DNA from: Octopus sinensis
Lineage: Eukaryota
Length of the DNA: 64,000 nt
Direction: 5' to 3'
Assembly (NCBI RefSeq): GCF_006345805.1
Contig: NC_043011.1
Span: 44,528,464-44,592,463, forward strand
This document shows, piece after piece, positions 12,721 through 26,466 of this stretch. A program made the position numbers and the translations under genes. The notes under the pieces were generated by a model. The model was not told the origin of the DNA. It searched no databases and saw only the letters and a program-made list of their open reading frames with translations. How positions within the stretch are numbered: position 1 is the first letter of the stretch; every line of letters begins with the position of its first letter.

Positions 12721-13214
12721 GAAAGAAAGAGAGAAAGAGAGTTATTTGTTAATATGGACTCCAGTAATTAACTGGTATTTTATCCTGAAAGACTGCAAAA
12801 CAATGGTGACCTGAGAGGGGTTTAAATTCACACTGTGAGGGGAACACAACTAAATACAACCAAGACTGTTTGTCCGATGCTCTACCGACTATGCTACCGC
12901 ATGGCTTTTAAATGCTTAATATTATGATAAATTATTGATAATATCAATGCAATACAAAGTTCATTTTTTGTAACCATACAGTCTCAAGTTCATCTCCACA
13001 GTGTTACATAACAGAGAAAATATGAAGCAGCTGCTTGTCCTGCAAGAAATAGCAGCCAAATCTCTCTCACATCTCAAACTATTATCTTAAAAATTAGATA
13101 TGAGAGCAAGCCATTCAGTTGACTATCTATGAGCCATAGTTCTTCTCTGTTCACATCATGTCTTTAGAATAATTCCTGGATTCTCTTGCTGATTGCTCCA
13201 ACAGTAGTTGTGGG

Positions 13215-13872
13215 CACTGTCCACTCCTATTTGTGTTTCCACAAAAGTCTGTCCACTGTCCACTCCTGTTTGTGTTTCCACAAAAATCTAGACATCCACT
13301 CCTGTTCATGTTTCCACAGGAGTCAAGATGCTGTCTACTCCCATTTGATCTTCCACAGAAGTCTGAACGTTGTCACTCCTGTTTGCACTTCCACAAAAGT
13401 TTGAACATTGTCCATTCTTGTTTGTACTTCCATAGAAGTCTGGACGCAGTCCACTCCCATTTGCATTTCCACAGAAGCCTGGATGTTGTCCACTCCCATT
13501 TGTGTTTCCATAGAAGTCTGGGCGCAGTCCACTTATATTTGCATTTCCACAAAAGTCTAGACACTGCCCACATCACAGAAGTTTGCATGCTGTCCACTCC
13601 TGTTTTGTGTTTCCACAGGAGTCTGGACACTGTCCACTCCAATTTGCATTTCCCCAGCAGTCTGCATGCTGTCCACTCCCATTTGCTCTTCCACAAAAGT
13701 CTGGACACTGTCCACGCCTGCTTGCGTTTCCACATAAGTCCGGAAGCCTTCCACTTCTGTTTGCACTTCAAAAGAAGTCTGGGCACTGTCCACTTTTCTT
13801 GTGTGCATTTCCAGAGAAATCATGGACACTGTCCACTCTTCCTGTTATGTGTTCCAACTGGCCTGTCCACTC
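13215..13872. repeat. 39-bp minisatellite (ctgtccactcc.tttgcatttccacagaagtctggaca)
   Basis: About 16 diverged units. Confidence 0.9.
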
Positions 13873-14216
13873 CACCTCTGGTTAAACACTGAAACAAAAT
13901 TAAAGCAAAAAAATGTAAATAAACAAAAACATACAAGGAAAAAAAAAACACAACAAAATGTTGAACAAATTTTGACATATTTTATTATCTAGTTATAAAA
14001 TGTGAGTGTATATATAATATACATACATATATATGTGTATATTTATATATATTATATATATATATATGTATACACGCACAATGATGAGTTATGATAACAA
14101 TTCAGTGATAGAGTGTCATATATGTACTATAGTGACACTATGGTAAGATGATAGTCGTGATTTCAGAATAGTAGTATTACAGTAGGTATGTAGTAGTAGT
14201 GGTGGTGGTAGTAGTA

Positions 14217-14268
<52 letters not shown>

Positions 14269-14761
14269 AATGTGCAGAGGCACTTGGGGTTTTTTTTTTG
14301 TAAATTTTATTTTATTTTTATTTTTAATTTATTTTATTTACTTTATTTATTTATTTTGTATATATTTACACATATGAAAGGAAATCATCAATTCAGTACT
14401 TTATGCAGGTGCAGAACGCAGGTTTAGCACAGGTGCACGCAACACTGCAATAACACTGCAGTTCAGAACTGAATGCAACATGGTGGAAGGATGATGGAGG
14501 GATGGTGCTATGTTTAAATCAATTATATATATATATATATCATATATATATATTATATATACATATACATATACACATATATATATATACATATACACAT
14601 ATATATATATACATATATACATATATACATATATATATATTATATATACATATACATATACACATATATTTATATATACATATATACATATACACATATA
14701 TTTATATATACATATATATATATTTATATATACATATATACATATACACATATATACATAT

Positions 14762-14798
<37 letters not shown>

Positions 14799-15373
14799 TA
14801 CATATATATAATCTATTAAATATTACATTTTTTCAACAAATGTGTCATTACTTTAATTGTTATTATTATCATCAGCATTATTATTATTATTATTGCCCAT
14901 TAGCTTGGATACCCCCTGGTGGTTTTTATAGATGAGTGTGTCCATATTTATATACATATAGCTATGCATGTTCATCTATACACACACACAAGCATACACA
15001 GACACAAGTACACACACACACATATATAAAAGTGCATGTGCGTGTATATTCATGTACCTTTATACACATACATCCACATATATATATATATATACACACA
15101 CACAAGCATGTGTGTGCGTATGTGTGAATGGATGTGTGGTGGAGTGTGATGTTTTTAGACCAATCAGAATCAAATATTCAGTATTGAGTTTTTATAAAAA
15201 CAAAACATAAACATAAATAAATAGACAATATAGTGTTTTGTTCAATATATATGTATATGTGTGTGTGTGTGTGTGTGTATATATGTGTGTGTGTGTGTAT
15301 GCGTGTTCATATATGTATATACATGTACATATAAGTGTGTCTATGTGTGTGTGTGTATATGTTACATAAATAG

Positions 15374-15736
15374 AGTGGAGGCACAATGGCCCAGTGGTTA
15401 GGGCAGATGGCTTGCTGTCATAGGATTGCAGTTTCAATTCCCAGACTGGGTGTTGTGTGTTTATTGAGTGAAAACACTTAAAGCTCCACGAAGCTCCGGC
15501 AGGGGGTGGTGGCAAGCTCTGCTGTACTCTTTCACCACAACTTTCTTCCTGTTTCTGTTGTACCTGTATTTCAAAGGGGTCAGCCTGGTCACACTCTGTG
15601 TCACGCTGAATCTCCCCAAGAATTATGTTAAGGGTACATGTGTCTGTGGAGTGCTCAGCCACTTGCACGTTAATTTCACAAGCAGGCTGTTCCGTTGATC
15701 GGATCAACTGGAACCCTCATCGTCATAACCGATGGA
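15374..15736 (+). mobile_element. SINE family C
   Basis: Near full-length match to 6576-6958. Confidence 0.88.
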
Positions 15737-15770
15737 GAGAGAGAGAGAGAGAATGAGCAGTGTGTGTATG

Positions 15771-15828
<58 letters not shown>

Positions 15829-16134
15829 TACATACACACCAATATAAAGATCATGTTAAAGGTTAAATAGAACAAGTGTACAGAGGGGACATATGGGAAG
15901 TGGGGAGGATGTTTAAAGAAAGACACATATAAAAATGTTTTGATTTTAAAAGACAATAAAAAAAAAGAAATACTAATTGTAAAAGAGAAAAATTGAAAAA
16001 ATTTGAAGAATTTCTCTCAATATTCTCGTTTCTGACATTGGCAAAAAGGTGAGGAATTTAGGAGTGGGATGGAATCAATACCAGTATATGACTGGTACTT
16101 ATTGGAAGGGGAAAGTAGTGAAAGAGGAAGTGGG

Positions 16135-16640
16135 TGAAGAAAGAAAGAAAGAAAGACAGAAAGGAAGGAAGGAAGGAGGAAGGAAGGAAGGAAGGAAGGA
16201 AGGATGGACAGAAGGAAGGAAGGAAGGAAGGAAGGAAGGAAAGAAAGGAAAGAAGGAAGGATGGAAGGAAGGAAGGGAGGGAAGGAAGGAAGAAAGGAAG
16301 GAAGGAAGGAAAGAAAGGAAAGAAGGAAGGATGGAAGGAAGGAAGGGAAGGATGGAAGGAAGGAAAGAAAGGAAAGAAGGAAGGGAAGGAAGGAAGGAAA
16401 GAAAGGAAAGAAGGGAGGGAAGGATGAAAGGAAGGAAGGGAGGGAAGGATGAAAGGAAGGAAGGGAGGGAAGGATGGAAGGAAGGAAAGAAAGGAAAGAA
16501 GGAAGGAAAGGAAGGAGGGAAGGAAGGAAGGAAGGAAAGGAAAGAAGGAAGGAGGGAAGTATGGAAGGAAGGAAGGGAGTTAAGGATGGAAGGAAGGAAA
16601 GAAGGAAGGAAGGGAAGGATGGAAGGAAAGGAAGAAAGAA
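16135..16640. repeat. (GGAA)n polypurine array
   Basis: Direct reading. Confidence 0.95.
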
Positions 16641-17439
16641 AGTTAGAAAGAAGTAAAGAGTGTAAGGCATAATAATAATAATAATAATAATAATGATGAT
16701 AATAATAATTTTTTTAAAAAAAGGTGTGTAGGAATGTATTTAATGAATGTTAACTTTTTTCTGTGTGACTGAGTGCGTGTATGTGTGTGTGCATCATTAT
16801 ATGTATTTTACATCTGCTTCCTCTGCTGTTACAGATTAGTAGATGAGTTTTCTTAGGCAATGTTTTACGGCAGGGCGCCTCTCCTGTTGCCAACCCTTTT
16901 CAACGTCTCTCATGAAACGTAGGGACATGGTATACCTACTCTTTCAAGTGTGTGTGTGTATTACATATATACATACATATACATAATTATACATATATCC
17001 ATACATATATATATAAGGCACAGAGTAAGCCAAAAGTCAGGGCACACATTCATTTATTTATTTATAAACTATAGTGTGTGTGTGTACACAAAAAAAATAA
17101 AGAAAATATTACATACAAAAACTCCCTTGTAACTTCTGGCCCACTCTGTATATAAACGTTTGTGTGTTTCATGTGTGTAAGTGTCTGGGCCCACAGATGT
17201 AATGTTTGCCAGTGGCATGATATGAACCACCTTTTTGCTTATCTCTCTCTCTCTCTCTTTCTTGGCTGCCTGTAACCTTCACCACTTGGCCGTCAGAGAT
17301 TTCCAAAGACGGGATTTAAACAAAAAACAACAACAAACAATGCAACCAAATGACAGGATCCTTGTTAAGATACAAAACCTGACAGTAGGGGGAGGCAAGG
17401 ATGGAGGGTATTTTGACCAAATTTTGTTCTTTGATGAAG

Positions 17440-18045
17440 AATGATGTAGAGTGGAGTAGAATATAGCACTCAACTTCAGAATGAAGTGGAGTAGAGGTAT
17501 TGTTCTCACAATGAAATAGTGAAGAGTGGCGCACCCAACTTCAAAACGGAATGGAGTAGAGATAAAATTCTCAAAATGAACTAGGGAAGAGTGGAGTGAA
17601 ATGTAGCACTCAACCTCAGAATAGAGTAAAGTAGAAGTATTGTTTACATAATGAAGGGGTGAGTGAGAGTGGAGAAATGTGTAGCACTCCACTTTAGAAT
17701 TGAGTGAAACAGAGGTATAGTTCTTATAATAAAGTGATGAAGAGTGGAGTGAGGAGTAGCACTCAACTTCATAATGGAGTGGAGTAGAGGTATTCATAAA
17801 GTGAAGTAGAGGTATTATTCTTATAATGAAGTGATGTGGAGTGGAGTAAAATGTAGCACTAAAATTCAGAGTAAAGTGTAGTGAAGGTATTGTTTCTAGA
17901 ATGTAGTATGGAGTGGAGCATTCAACTCCAGAGGTATATGTGGAGGATTCAATTTTAGAATGAAATGGTTTGAAGTGGAGTATCAAACTCAACTTCAGAG
18001 TGAGTAAATAGGACAGTTTTAATAAGAAATAGAGTAGGGTGGTCA
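17440..18045. repeat. About 70-bp minisatellite (gagtggagt...gtagcactcaacttcagaat...gtagaggtattgtt)
   Basis: About 8 diverged units. Confidence 0.85.
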
Positions 18046-20769
18046 TCTTTAGGAATGGCTTCAGCTATATACATGAGTGTGGGGAGCAGTGTGTGTATGT
18101 GTGTGTGGTGAAAGTGACTGTGTGTGTGAATGTGTGTGTGGCTTGCTTCAAGGAGCACATTGCCACCAACACCAATGCGATTTAACCTTACAACTGTGTA
18201 TGTGTGACAGGTTTCTCCAACATTATATAATATATTCTGTAGAAGAGCATAGGCTTGAAATGTAAAAGACTTTTTCTATTCCTGAGCGTTATACTAATAC
18301 ATCTGTTTGTTTTGTACACCACCTGTCTTTGTCTTTTGGGGTTTTTTTGTGAATTTTCCCTACATATATATATATATATATATATATATGGATCAAAACA
18401 GTTTGATTCAAATTCGTTGGTACTCAAGAGTACCAACGAATTTGAATCAGACTGTCTTTCCATCAAACACAATTCTACGATGATCATACAAAACGTTACT
18501 AAAGTGACAACACCTCAAAATATTTCTGGCTAACCTTTTTTGTTATGATATTTCTGCTGAAATACACTAATTTGTTTCAATTAATTTTTGAAAATAACGA
18601 AGAATTTAGTAAAATAACTTCCTCGTTATTAAACTGGACTTTGAAACAAATCAACATAGAATTTAGATTTAAGGTTTTAATTTAGATCAGTTTGCAACAA
18701 GAAATTTTGTATCACAGAACCTGGGGTTTGTCTCAGGTGGACTGGCATCAAAAGAGAATTAAAAATTCATGAAACAGCAAATTGTTTTTTTAAAAAAAAA
18801 AAAAGATCATAAAAGACAAAAACAATTTAACAAACTATAAAATAATAACATAATAACGATGGCAACAAAATAAACATCGATTTTGAATCTTCGACAACAA
18901 AGCCAAACAATCGAGAACAATATAAACAGGTTTTAAAAAATCATTAAAACATAATTTAATTATTTCCAAACAAAGAACTAAATGAAAGTGTAGATTTCAC
19001 ATAAAATAAAACTGACTGTGTAAACAATTAAATTATTGGAAGGACTTATATATATATATATATAACCCATTCAATACCAAAACACCTTCTGTTAGTTCTA
19101 ATGACATAGTAACCTGCCTTCTATAATTGAAACGGAAAGTTTTTTGGGTTTTTTATGCTTGTTCATTTTAAAGGATGGTTATGCTATCATAAATTACTTC
19201 CCTTCGTATTGGCGATATTAATGGTTACCTCCCTTAATATTCCCTTTATAGATCTTTATCACATCAGGTCAGATTGATGGGTCTTTTTCCTCTCCATAAC
19301 ACACACACACACACACATGCATCCCAAAAGGTTACAGTAGCGTTGCTTTTCCAAAACCTTTACTGTGGTATGGAAACCCTTAATTTGGAATTATTCATTT
19401 TATTTCAACATTTCTTGCCAATTGGGAAAGAACCATCCAAGACTCCTTCATTGCAATTTCAACATCAACAACAGGGTATTTTTGTTTGTTTGTATGTATG
19501 TGTGTGTGTGTGTGTGCGTGCGTGCGTCCATGCATGCGTATGTATGTATGTGTGTATGTGCAGATTTGCATGTTTTGCTTTATATATGTATTCTCATTCC
19601 TTCCATATCTAGACATGCTCATATATATTTTAAATGATAAACTTCTGGAAAGTTTTAAAGATTTTTACAGTTCCAGTGATGGAGTGGATCTGTAGTCTTT
19701 GAATTAGCTTTCTCTCTTCTGGTTTTGAGAAGCCTAATTTCCCAAGATTGGTATTTAGGCAGTGTGTGTGGTGTGTGTGTGTGTATTATGTATGTGTATG
19801 CATATATATATATATATATATCATCATTATCGTTTAACATCTGCCTTCCATGCTGGCATGGGTGGGACTGATGATGATGATGATAGTGTGTGTATGTATG
19901 TGTGTATATATATATGCATGTATCTGATGTACATTTGTGTGTGTGTATAATATGAAGAAATCAGTGGTAAATGATTCTCTCAAGAATAAGTGGGCTACAC
20001 AAATTTAACTGTTTTTGTAAATGTTTAATTTAAATTAAAAATTTCATCCAACCACACGCACACACACACACAAACACATATATTCGTGCGTCCTAGCTTG
20101 TCAACAAAACATAAAAAGAGCACTCAATACATGCAGTGGAGTACATATTCATCAAACCTGATGTTCTGTTTCATACAACCCAGATTGTACACCATATCTT
20201 CAGGTAGTCAATATATTGATAAATGACAATATATATATATATATATATATATATCTGCTTACACATACATATGTATACATATATGTGGTTCAGGAAATGC
20301 CTGGACAGTATACAGTGTGACACTGGGGAGACCTGGTTGTGGAGACAAGGCAGCACTGGGGGTACTTGGTTAGGGACAACATAAGAGAAGACAATTGCTG
20401 GATCAAAGAATGCAAAACTGAAGAACAAAAGGAAGGAAATTGAAAATATGTTTTTTGAGACATTTTCAAAACTACACCTACCAGTTCACACATACATTCA
20501 TATATATACATATATATAAAAAAAAAAAATTAAAAAAAAGTCCAACCCGTGCTAGCGCGGAAAACGGACGTTAAACGATGATGATGATGATATATATATA
20601 TATATATATATATTCATATATGTATTTGTGTGTGTGTGTGTGTGTGTGTAGCTAGTCAGGTAGAAACTGCAAGAATAACAACTAACAGTGCTTAAAATAA
20701 AGACAATTAAAATGTTTTTTTTTTTAATAATTCTGTTTCAAAAAAATTGTAATAATAATAATAATAATA

Positions 20770-20945
20770 ATGGTTTCACATTTTGCCACAAGGCCAGCAA
20801 TTTTGCAGGAGGAGCTAAGTCCATTACATCGACCCCAGTGCTCAACTGGTACTTACTTTCTCAACCTCAAAAGAATGAAAGATAGTGTCAACCTTAGCAG
20901 AATTTTGCCTGGCAAGCTAGCATTTCCATCAGTTCGCTGCCTTAA
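20770..20945 (-). mobile_element. Degenerate SINE family B within (AAT)n
   Basis: tcgaccccagtg...actggtactta core. Confidence 0.65.
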
Positions 20946-20999
20946 TAATAATAATAATAGTTATCATTATTATGATTATTATTATCATTATTATTATCA

Positions 21000-21380
21000 T
21001 GGAGGTGCAATGGAACAGTGGTTAAGGCAGTGGACTCGCGGTCATAGGATCGTGGTTTTGGTTCCCAGACTGGGTGTTGTGAGTGTTTATTGAGCAAAAA
21101 CACTTAAAAGCTCCACGAGGCTCTAGCAGTGGGGTGATGGTGAACCCTGCTGTACTCTTTCACCACAACTTTCTCTCACTCTTTCTTCCTGTTTCTGTTG
21201 TACCTGTGTTTCAAAGTGTAAGCCTTGTCACACTCTGTGTCACACTGAATAGCCACGAGAACTATGTTAAGGGTACACATGTCTGTGGAGTGCTCAGCCA
21301 CATACCCGTTAATTTCACAAGCAGGCTGTTCCGTTGATTGGATCAACTGAAACCCACATCGTCGTAACCGACGGAGTGCT
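21000..21380 (+). mobile_element. SINE family C
   Basis: Full-length match to the other C copies. Confidence 0.88.
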
Positions 21381-22809
21381 GTACTTATTACTATTATTAT
21401 TATTATTATTATTGATAATGAAGGTTTATCAATCAATCTAAAATTTAACAAACACACAAAAAATTTTTTTTTCTTTGAAGAAAAAAATTTTGAATTCTTA
21501 AAGTAATAAATGGCAGTTGACAAATGATGATTTTGTTGTGTTATTTTTTTCTATTAAAACATTTTTTCTGAAAATTAAATGAAGTTTTATTGATAATCAA
21601 TAATGAGTGTGTACTAATAATCAATAATGGTTTACAGTTTGTGTTGATTTTGAAGGTCCACTAACCAGGCAAGTGATTTGATCAAAGACCATGTGTTGAG
21701 ACTAGAATGATTGCAGCAAGGAAAATACATATTTAGCCATTGAAAAACACACAAGAGACAGTTAACTTCATTCAAAATATTTATTATTTCGTGTCAAAAT
21801 TTTTGTTCCACCAACTGCGACCTAGTCACTGAGAAGATTCCACTGCAGTCACTGTGTTTTGCAATGACTAATATATATATATCTGCCATGCCGCAATAGT
21901 TTCTGTTGAATTTCTATAAAACATAATAAAGAGGTTTGTGGTGCAAATAGGGTCAACAGTTATAACATACAAAAAAAAAAAAAAAGAGTTAAAAAATGAG
22001 GAGGGTTAAAAATGGGACAAAAAAATTGGTTCTAAAATGTTTGGGTTCCTGTTTGTAGTATTGGAATATTTTAGAGAACTCTGAATTTTTTATAGATTAC
22101 AGGTTAAAATAAATTTTAAATATTTTAATGTCAGTGTTTTAGATCTTGGTGGAGGCATAAAAAATAATGATGAAAATATTTTAAGTGAGGTCTTCATTGG
22201 TTAATATAGTTAAAACTTTTGAAATTTGAAGGTTTAATATGCTATGGGGTTAAACTCTTGAAAAAATTATTTCAAGTTTTTACATTGTAAAAGTACTACT
22301 TTTTCAAAAAAATTTAGTGTACTATTGTTTCATATAATGAAAGGTAAAAACTATCCAAATGTGTGATTTCATAGGACACAGGGTGAGACTATAAATTTTT
22401 AAAAAATAATTCAAATACATTCAATGACTGGCATCCGTTGCTAGTGGAGCGCTAAGAGTACCATACGAGTGAGAATATATAAAAAAAAAAAATTTTGAAA
22501 CATGAAAGGTGGAAAACAAAAGAAAAACAGAAGGATTGCCTGAGGAGTCGGGGATGAACTAAATGTGATATTTTTGGATAATATTCTGTGAAAATGGTCA
22601 AGCAGACGAAAATGTGGACGAAAGCAAGTAAAGAAGCATGAAATACTGGTTCAATTCCTAGTGAAGTGAGAGAGACAGAGAATAACCACATAAGTGAATT
22701 GATGACAGGGTCTAAGGTTTAAAACACATACACACACACACACACATATAGCAAAAAGACATGGACTCATTTATTGTTCTCAGCCATTTGCTCTTGCCAA
22801 CAATGACTT

Positions 22810-23352
22810 TCCAAGAATGAGTGCACAAATGCACATGGAAACCAATTCAAGATCCACATGTTGCTGTACATGCAGGACACACATACATAGAGATCCTGAG
22901 TTAGTTGCTGTTGTACATGCTGGAGACACAGACATGGTGGTTGATGGCTATTGAAAATGTAGGATACACATACATGGTGATTCCAAATTGATTGTTGTTG
23001 TACATGTAGGGGGGACACATGGCAATAGTGAGTTAGTGGATGACATACATGCAGGAAACACACACATGGTGGTTGTGGCAGTTAGTGATTATTGGACATT
23101 TAAGATGTACATACATGGTGATCCCAAGTCAGATATTGTACATGTAGGACATACACAGTGCTTGTCATAGCTGATGACTACTGAACATGTAGGATGCACA
23201 TACAGGCCAGTTGTAAGTTGCTCGTTACTGTTGTACATGTAGGAAAGCTGACGGTTGCTTCACATGTAGGATAAACATACATGGTCGTTATGAAACTTAG
23301 TGGTTATCGAACATGTGGGACACATGATGGTTGTGAGGTGGTTGTTGTACCT
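22810..23352. repeat. About 40-bp minisatellite (acatgtaggacacacatacatggt...)
   Basis: About 12 diverged units. Confidence 0.8.
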
Positions 23353-24594
23353 AGTTTTTTGGCAGTGCAGATCAGTTTTCTTCCATTCATTTCTTGTAGT
23401 CAGTGTGCATGTTATAGCAAGCATGGACGACCTTTTCTGAAAAGCAGGCCACATGAGACATGGCTCTTCGTCAGATAAACCACACTATTAAAACAAAAAC
23501 ATTATTTTCCTCATGAAGTTAGATATGCCATCCAGAAAGTTCCATGGACCACAGTTAGCCTGTAACTGATAAATAGTTAACAACAAACAAGATGAGGACA
23601 AATATCCATCAAATGTAAATAATTAACATAATTCGTCATCTCTTAGATACAGAACTGTATGATATATAGTTGTTACACCATTTGACTATGGGTGAGTGCC
23701 ATTCAGTGTGATGATCTTTCACCAGTTCTTCACATAGGGTCTCAGATATTGTCCAGTTTCAAAACACCCTTAAGCAATCACCAAATTGCTTCTTTTAGTT
23801 TCCTTTTACAGCAAACTGCCTCAGTAAATTGAAGGTCAGAAATGCATACAACGTACCCAACACTCTCAGCTGAACTTCGACTGCCATATCTTCAATATAT
23901 CAACAGTAGGACCTCATTGTTGGTCAAACTGGCCTTAGTATGTGCCATAGTTTTCAAGGGTGGAAAGCTTCTAGTTTTGTTGTGTCTCTTGTACAGTGTC
24001 CAGGTTTTCCTTGTGGTTAATGAAGGAGTCACCACTGTCTGTGTAGTGTTGTCATAGTGGCCCTTACTATCTCACACACACACACGTCCAAACACATACA
24101 CACAACCACACAAATGCATACACACAGACAGACAAACATACATACATATCCAAGCACTCACACACACACACACAAACATACATGTTCTGAACACATAATC
24201 ATTTTTCCTCTTTCTCTTACATACAAACTGACATAATTAGTTCTACACGTGGTGTTTTTAATCAACAACGATACAATGCCATGAAGGTGTAAATACTTAA
24301 TTACACTGATTACTCTAATTAATATAAGTTGGCACTGTAACTCAACAACTGCAAACTAGAAAGTTCTTTAGAATAATTCTCTAACAATAACAAAACACAA
24401 ACAATGAAAAGTAATCATTGGTTTTGATCATTGTCATACTTAAATTAAGATAAGTGTAAGAATATGCTCACACCACACACACACACCCATTTTAAATATA
24501 CACATGTGTGTGTGTGTGCACATATTATTATTGTTTTGGTTTGGCTCAGGTTTGGTCTTATTCCTGGTAGGACTTGTGTGATTAGCAGGTTACT

Positions 24595-24755
24595 ACATGT
24601 AATCTTAAGTATCCACAAGTTTTCAGTGGTCTTTCTGTAGGAGCTCTACCAGGCATTCTATTTCAATCTCCTTTGGCCATTATTTATCTATATCTTTGCT
24701 TACTGTTCCCAACGCACCAATATGGGCACAACCTTTACTGTTTGCATGCTCTACC
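24595..24755 (-). mobile_element. Short R4/Dong-like RLE C-terminal remnant
   Basis: Reverse strand reads ..VKVVPI-LVRW/GALGTVSKD..; flanked by (ATT)n. Confidence 0.5.
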
Positions 24756-24868
24756 ATTATTATTATTACTATTATTATCATTATTATTATCATTAATTAG
24801 CAAACGCTAGTCATTCTATGGCTGAGTGTTTTGAGCATGCCACTTTACACATACATAAGATTTTATAT

Positions 24869-24913
<45 letters not shown>

Positions 24914-25044
24914 ATATATAACCTTAATGTATAGTGTTTTGTGTATGTGCACAGCTGTGCATATTTATAACACAACAAATTCAGACACACCCTACACAAA
25001 CACAGCCCAGACTGTGGTTGCTGTGGTTGTATTACTTCCCCTTA

Positions 25045-25345
25045 TGCTTAAACATGATAACCTTTGGTTAAATGCATTAAAATCTGTTTAAACATAACCC
25101 TTGGTTAAACATGATAATCCTTCATTAAACATGATAGCCTTTGGTTAAACATGATAACTCATTATTAAACATGACAACCATGGGTTAAAACATAACAGTT
25201 GGTTAAACATGATAACACTCAGTTAAATAAAATTACCTCTGGTTAAATACAATAAGCCTTGGTTAATCATGATGTCCCTTGGTTAAATACAATAACCATT
25301 GGTTAAAAACAGCAATTCTTGGTTAAACAAGGTAACCCATTACTA
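25045..25345. repeat. About 20-bp minisatellite (ttggttaaacatgataaccc)
   Basis: About 14 units. Confidence 0.85.
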
Positions 25346-25883
25346 AGCTTCTACATGCTGTAGACAAACAGACAGACAATTTATTTATTAATAGAAGCTG
25401 ACTGGGAGATGCAAAAGGGGTGAATACATTAGACTGTGGAACCAGGTTCTAAAAGAATTCATGCTTCTTTCCTCATTTTTTTGTATCATGCTTGGTTATT
25501 ATCACAACATTCTCCTGAAATATTTTATACAGAAATATCACAGCACTAAATATAAACCTTCATTAAATTAGAAATATATTCATTAGATTATAACGAAGAA
25601 TCAAATGATGGTCTTTGTGGGGTAAATATTGTGTTCAAACAGGGGTTGTAAAACAGAAATTAGATTGTATGTCTGAGAGGACAGAGAAAGAATTTTTTAA
25701 AAAGGTCAAGTTTTGGTATTTCATTGTTAAATTGTATTCCACCTCAAGAATTTTAAAATTCTAATTTCACTAAAACACAAACATCATTCCATTTTAATAA
25801 AAATAAACACACACACACGTGTGTGTGTGTGTTGGTGTATGTATGTATGTATGTATGTATGTGTGTATGTATGTATATGCATA

Positions 25884-25924
<41 letters not shown>

Positions 25925-26311
25925 ACTTTCTTTATGATGTTCCCATTCCATTTTAGAAAGAGTTGTTGAACTGAAGTGGGATGAGAAGGAGAGAGGACAG
26001 GGGTAGATCAGTCACTGCCAAGTTTTCAAGTTTCCTACTGTAAGACACACACACATATGTGTGTGTGTGTGTTTGTATATACCTGTGAATGTGTAAATAT
26101 ATACATATAGATGTGTGTGTGTATGTATATATATATATATGTGTGTGTGTATGTATAACTATATATATAATGTTTATATCTATATATATATGTGTTCATA
26201 TATATGTGTGTGTGTAATATACACATGTAAATATTTACATGTATATATATATATATATGTAAATACACACATATATATATGTATATATATACATATATAT
26301 ATATATATATA

Positions 26312-26394
<83 letters not shown>

Positions 26395-26412
26395 ATATAT
26401 ATATATATACAT

Positions 26413-26466
<54 letters not shown>

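Noticed and set aside
16017-16672. 200-aa RKEG / PSFL ORFs
   Set aside because: Translations of (GGAA)n.
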